Positions 61,635 to 64,000 of a DNA stretch of 64,000 bases are shown here, one piece after another. The stretch is from Chiloscyllium plagiosum (taxonomy: Eukaryota). The stretch is from NCBI RefSeq assembly GCF_004010195.1, contig NC_057752.1:8217889-8281888 (forward strand), given 5' to 3'. The stretch's first letter is position 1, and each line of letters opens with the position of its first letter. Made by a program: the position numbers and the translations under genes. The notes beneath the pieces are model-generated. The model saw nothing but the letters and a program-made list of their open reading frames with translations, was not told where the DNA came from and did not search any database.

Positions 61635-64000
61635 CTAAAGAATATAAAAAAAACAATGGAAAATCATAACAGACTAGAAATTAATTTAGGAAATATTTAC
61701 AGATGTCATTGATTTTGTTAGCAAACAAAAATATTCTATAAACTGCATAGACACATAAAATTTTAAAGCCGCCTCCTTTCCCTTGTGTATTTGGGGTGAG
61801 TCCATTTTAGGGTTTTTAACATTTTAACATTTAATGGGTGCTATATGATAGAACGGAGTGCAACTTTGGAAAAGTGACTCAGTCAGAACTAATAATGGTT
61901 GCTCATTAAGTGTCATTCCTTTAGAGTCAAACAATCACTTAGTAAAATAATCTAATTGAGGATAATTTGAATATGAGAGTCAAAATCACTGGAAAAATAA
62001 ATCAATCTTCTTGACATCACATTACTACTACCTTTTGTGAATCAAATACCCACTAAACAACTGTCTATTGAGCTGTGAATTATCATTGAATTTTTGTGTC
62101 TATCAAATTGAGGGATATCCGTGCTGGATAGATAATGCAACTATTCCACTTTTGGAATTGGTGTTAGCTTCAAACAGTTGGGTAAAACCAAAACTGCCTC
62201 TACTTTACCGTAATTGTATGTTTTTGTCTTCAAGCTCAAAAAAGCTTGTATCACACCAGTTGTAAGGTTTTCATTTTCCATGAACTACTTTTCCATGACC
62301 TCTGAGTGAGAGTGGAAATTTGTGACAAACTAGGTATAATTCAGATTTGTGGAACCATGTTCATATGGAAATAGTTTGAAACCACCCAAACTGGTTTCAG
62401 ATATGGTTCTGTAGGTAGCTAGTCATGATTTTAAAAAAGGAAGCTTTGTGAGGTGTGTAAGGTGGGAGGGGGAATATAATAAATAAAAAGGTAATGCTTT
62501 AACCTACCTCCCATCACGAAGAGAGTTGAATTATGATCTTCCACAACTGTAAGAAAAATCTATGCCTGTGAACTTAACACTGGAATAATGTATTACATAA
62601 TCTAGGGTTTTCTTCAGCTTATTGGAGACTTAGATCATCTGAGAATTCAATCACAATCATAGTGAAATTTGACCAAAAAGTTTATTTTTAAAAATAACTG
62701 CCCTCTCTGCAATCCTAGTAATTTCCTATTTTCCATTTACACCACAAAACAGTCTTGAAGAAAGGATGCATAGTTTTCTAGTTGTGCTAAAGGTTAACAT
62801 TTTTCTGCAACTGATATCAAACATCAATCGTGACTCTAATTATTCTTCACTCCACTCTGTTCTGTTGTACATTCTACAACATTTAACTTTGTGAGAGTAG
62901 GAAATGAAACAAAACACTTTTTTGAAAATGAAAGCTGGTCAAATGTTGACTATGCACACTTTCAGTATATTAACAGTCACATTTATATATGTTATTAGCT
63001 TATTGTGCATGTATCACACAAATGTTTTGCCATTGTCACAGGAGACTCAACCCAGTTGTAAATGTTTTGCTTTCTTGGCTGATGATCTGAGATACCAGAC
63101 AACCCCTACAAAATGCTTTATTCTAATAAATTATTTGCTACAGTAAGCAGTTCATAGCAGGAATCCATGGCATGTTGAATTGAAAATCTCAAGTGATCAA
63201 AATATACATAAAAAATCTGTCAAGTACAGTGCGCTACCACTAAGTCCAGTCCCTAATATGCAAGCAAGTACATAGAAAATGATGATCGATCAGTTAATCT
63301 TTTTGGGTGGAGTTAGTTGAGGGAGAATGCTGAATAAATGTGGAGAATCACTGCTCTTTGAGTAATGCTATGGAATTTTATTGTCCGCTTAACACCAGAA
63401 TAAGTACATGGACCATGTGTTTTGAAGAATTATCCTCTCTTTGTAGTCATTAAATCTAAGGGTATTATAAATTTATTGCCAAACTAAGTGTTTGATCTTG
63501 AGGGATGGGGGAGAGGGGAGGATGGATTTCAATTAATGATCTTGTGGGAAGTGTCGATGTCCTAGTGATCGATCATGCATTGCATCCTATACAGCCTAAT
63601 GGTAAACTATGCAATTGAGCCCTGGCAAGCTGCCAATTGATTTTGCATCCAGTAATTGGTGAACCAGTAATCCTTCCCAGGCTAGTGCCAGTTCTGGCTA
63701 GTTGTCTTGGTCATTGGCATACCAGTGGTTAATTAGTGTTCAGCTTTTAGCGCAGACTTAGAGACCGCCATTGGTCTTCTCTCTGAAACAGGCAGGTAGC
63801 TGAAGGGGAGTGAATATTCATCTGAACCTTGGGAGTGGAGATGTTGCAGAATTACAGCACATTTTCCTGGTACTCGAGAATGACTTGTAATGATTGTGGC
63901 CAATTTACATTTTAATCACCAAATATTCAAAGCTTCGACTTACCAAAATCGAAACCTAAAAGCATCTTGAATATTTATTCCGATGGAATTCCATCGGAAT

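Noticed and set aside
61450..61656. 68-aa minus-strand ORF
   Set aside because: Wrong-frame reading across MIP exon 2

Overview
Eukaryotic, vertebrate genomic DNA. HE1/V-SINEs, a Deu-domain SINE and abundant CR1 LINEs point to a cartilaginous fish, probably a shark (inference). Three genes are supported. (1) A canonical single-coding-exon ZC3H10 (+, 46608..47810). (2) An intact, diverged ZC3H10 paralogue on the - strand (14859..16505) whose first CCCH zinc finger is expanded into four 159-bp tandem copies, giving 6 fingers instead of 3. The two genes lie head-to-head and share homologous non-coding first exons, splice sites and UTR blocks, which indicates an inverted genomic duplication. (3) Exons 2-4 of lens aquaporin MIP/AQP0 (-, 59322..61634), with exon 1 beyond the window. 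The rest is mostly retroelements: nested CR1s, a young 5'-truncated L1 spanning an assembly gap, a Gypsy relic and SINEs. There is also a GIY-YIG Penelope-like element with inverted termini that each carry a minimal hammerhead-ribozyme motif, and several families of short, TSD-flanked, often fold-back elements carrying related minimal hammerhead motifs. Repeat boundaries are approximate and were read by eye; no searches were run.
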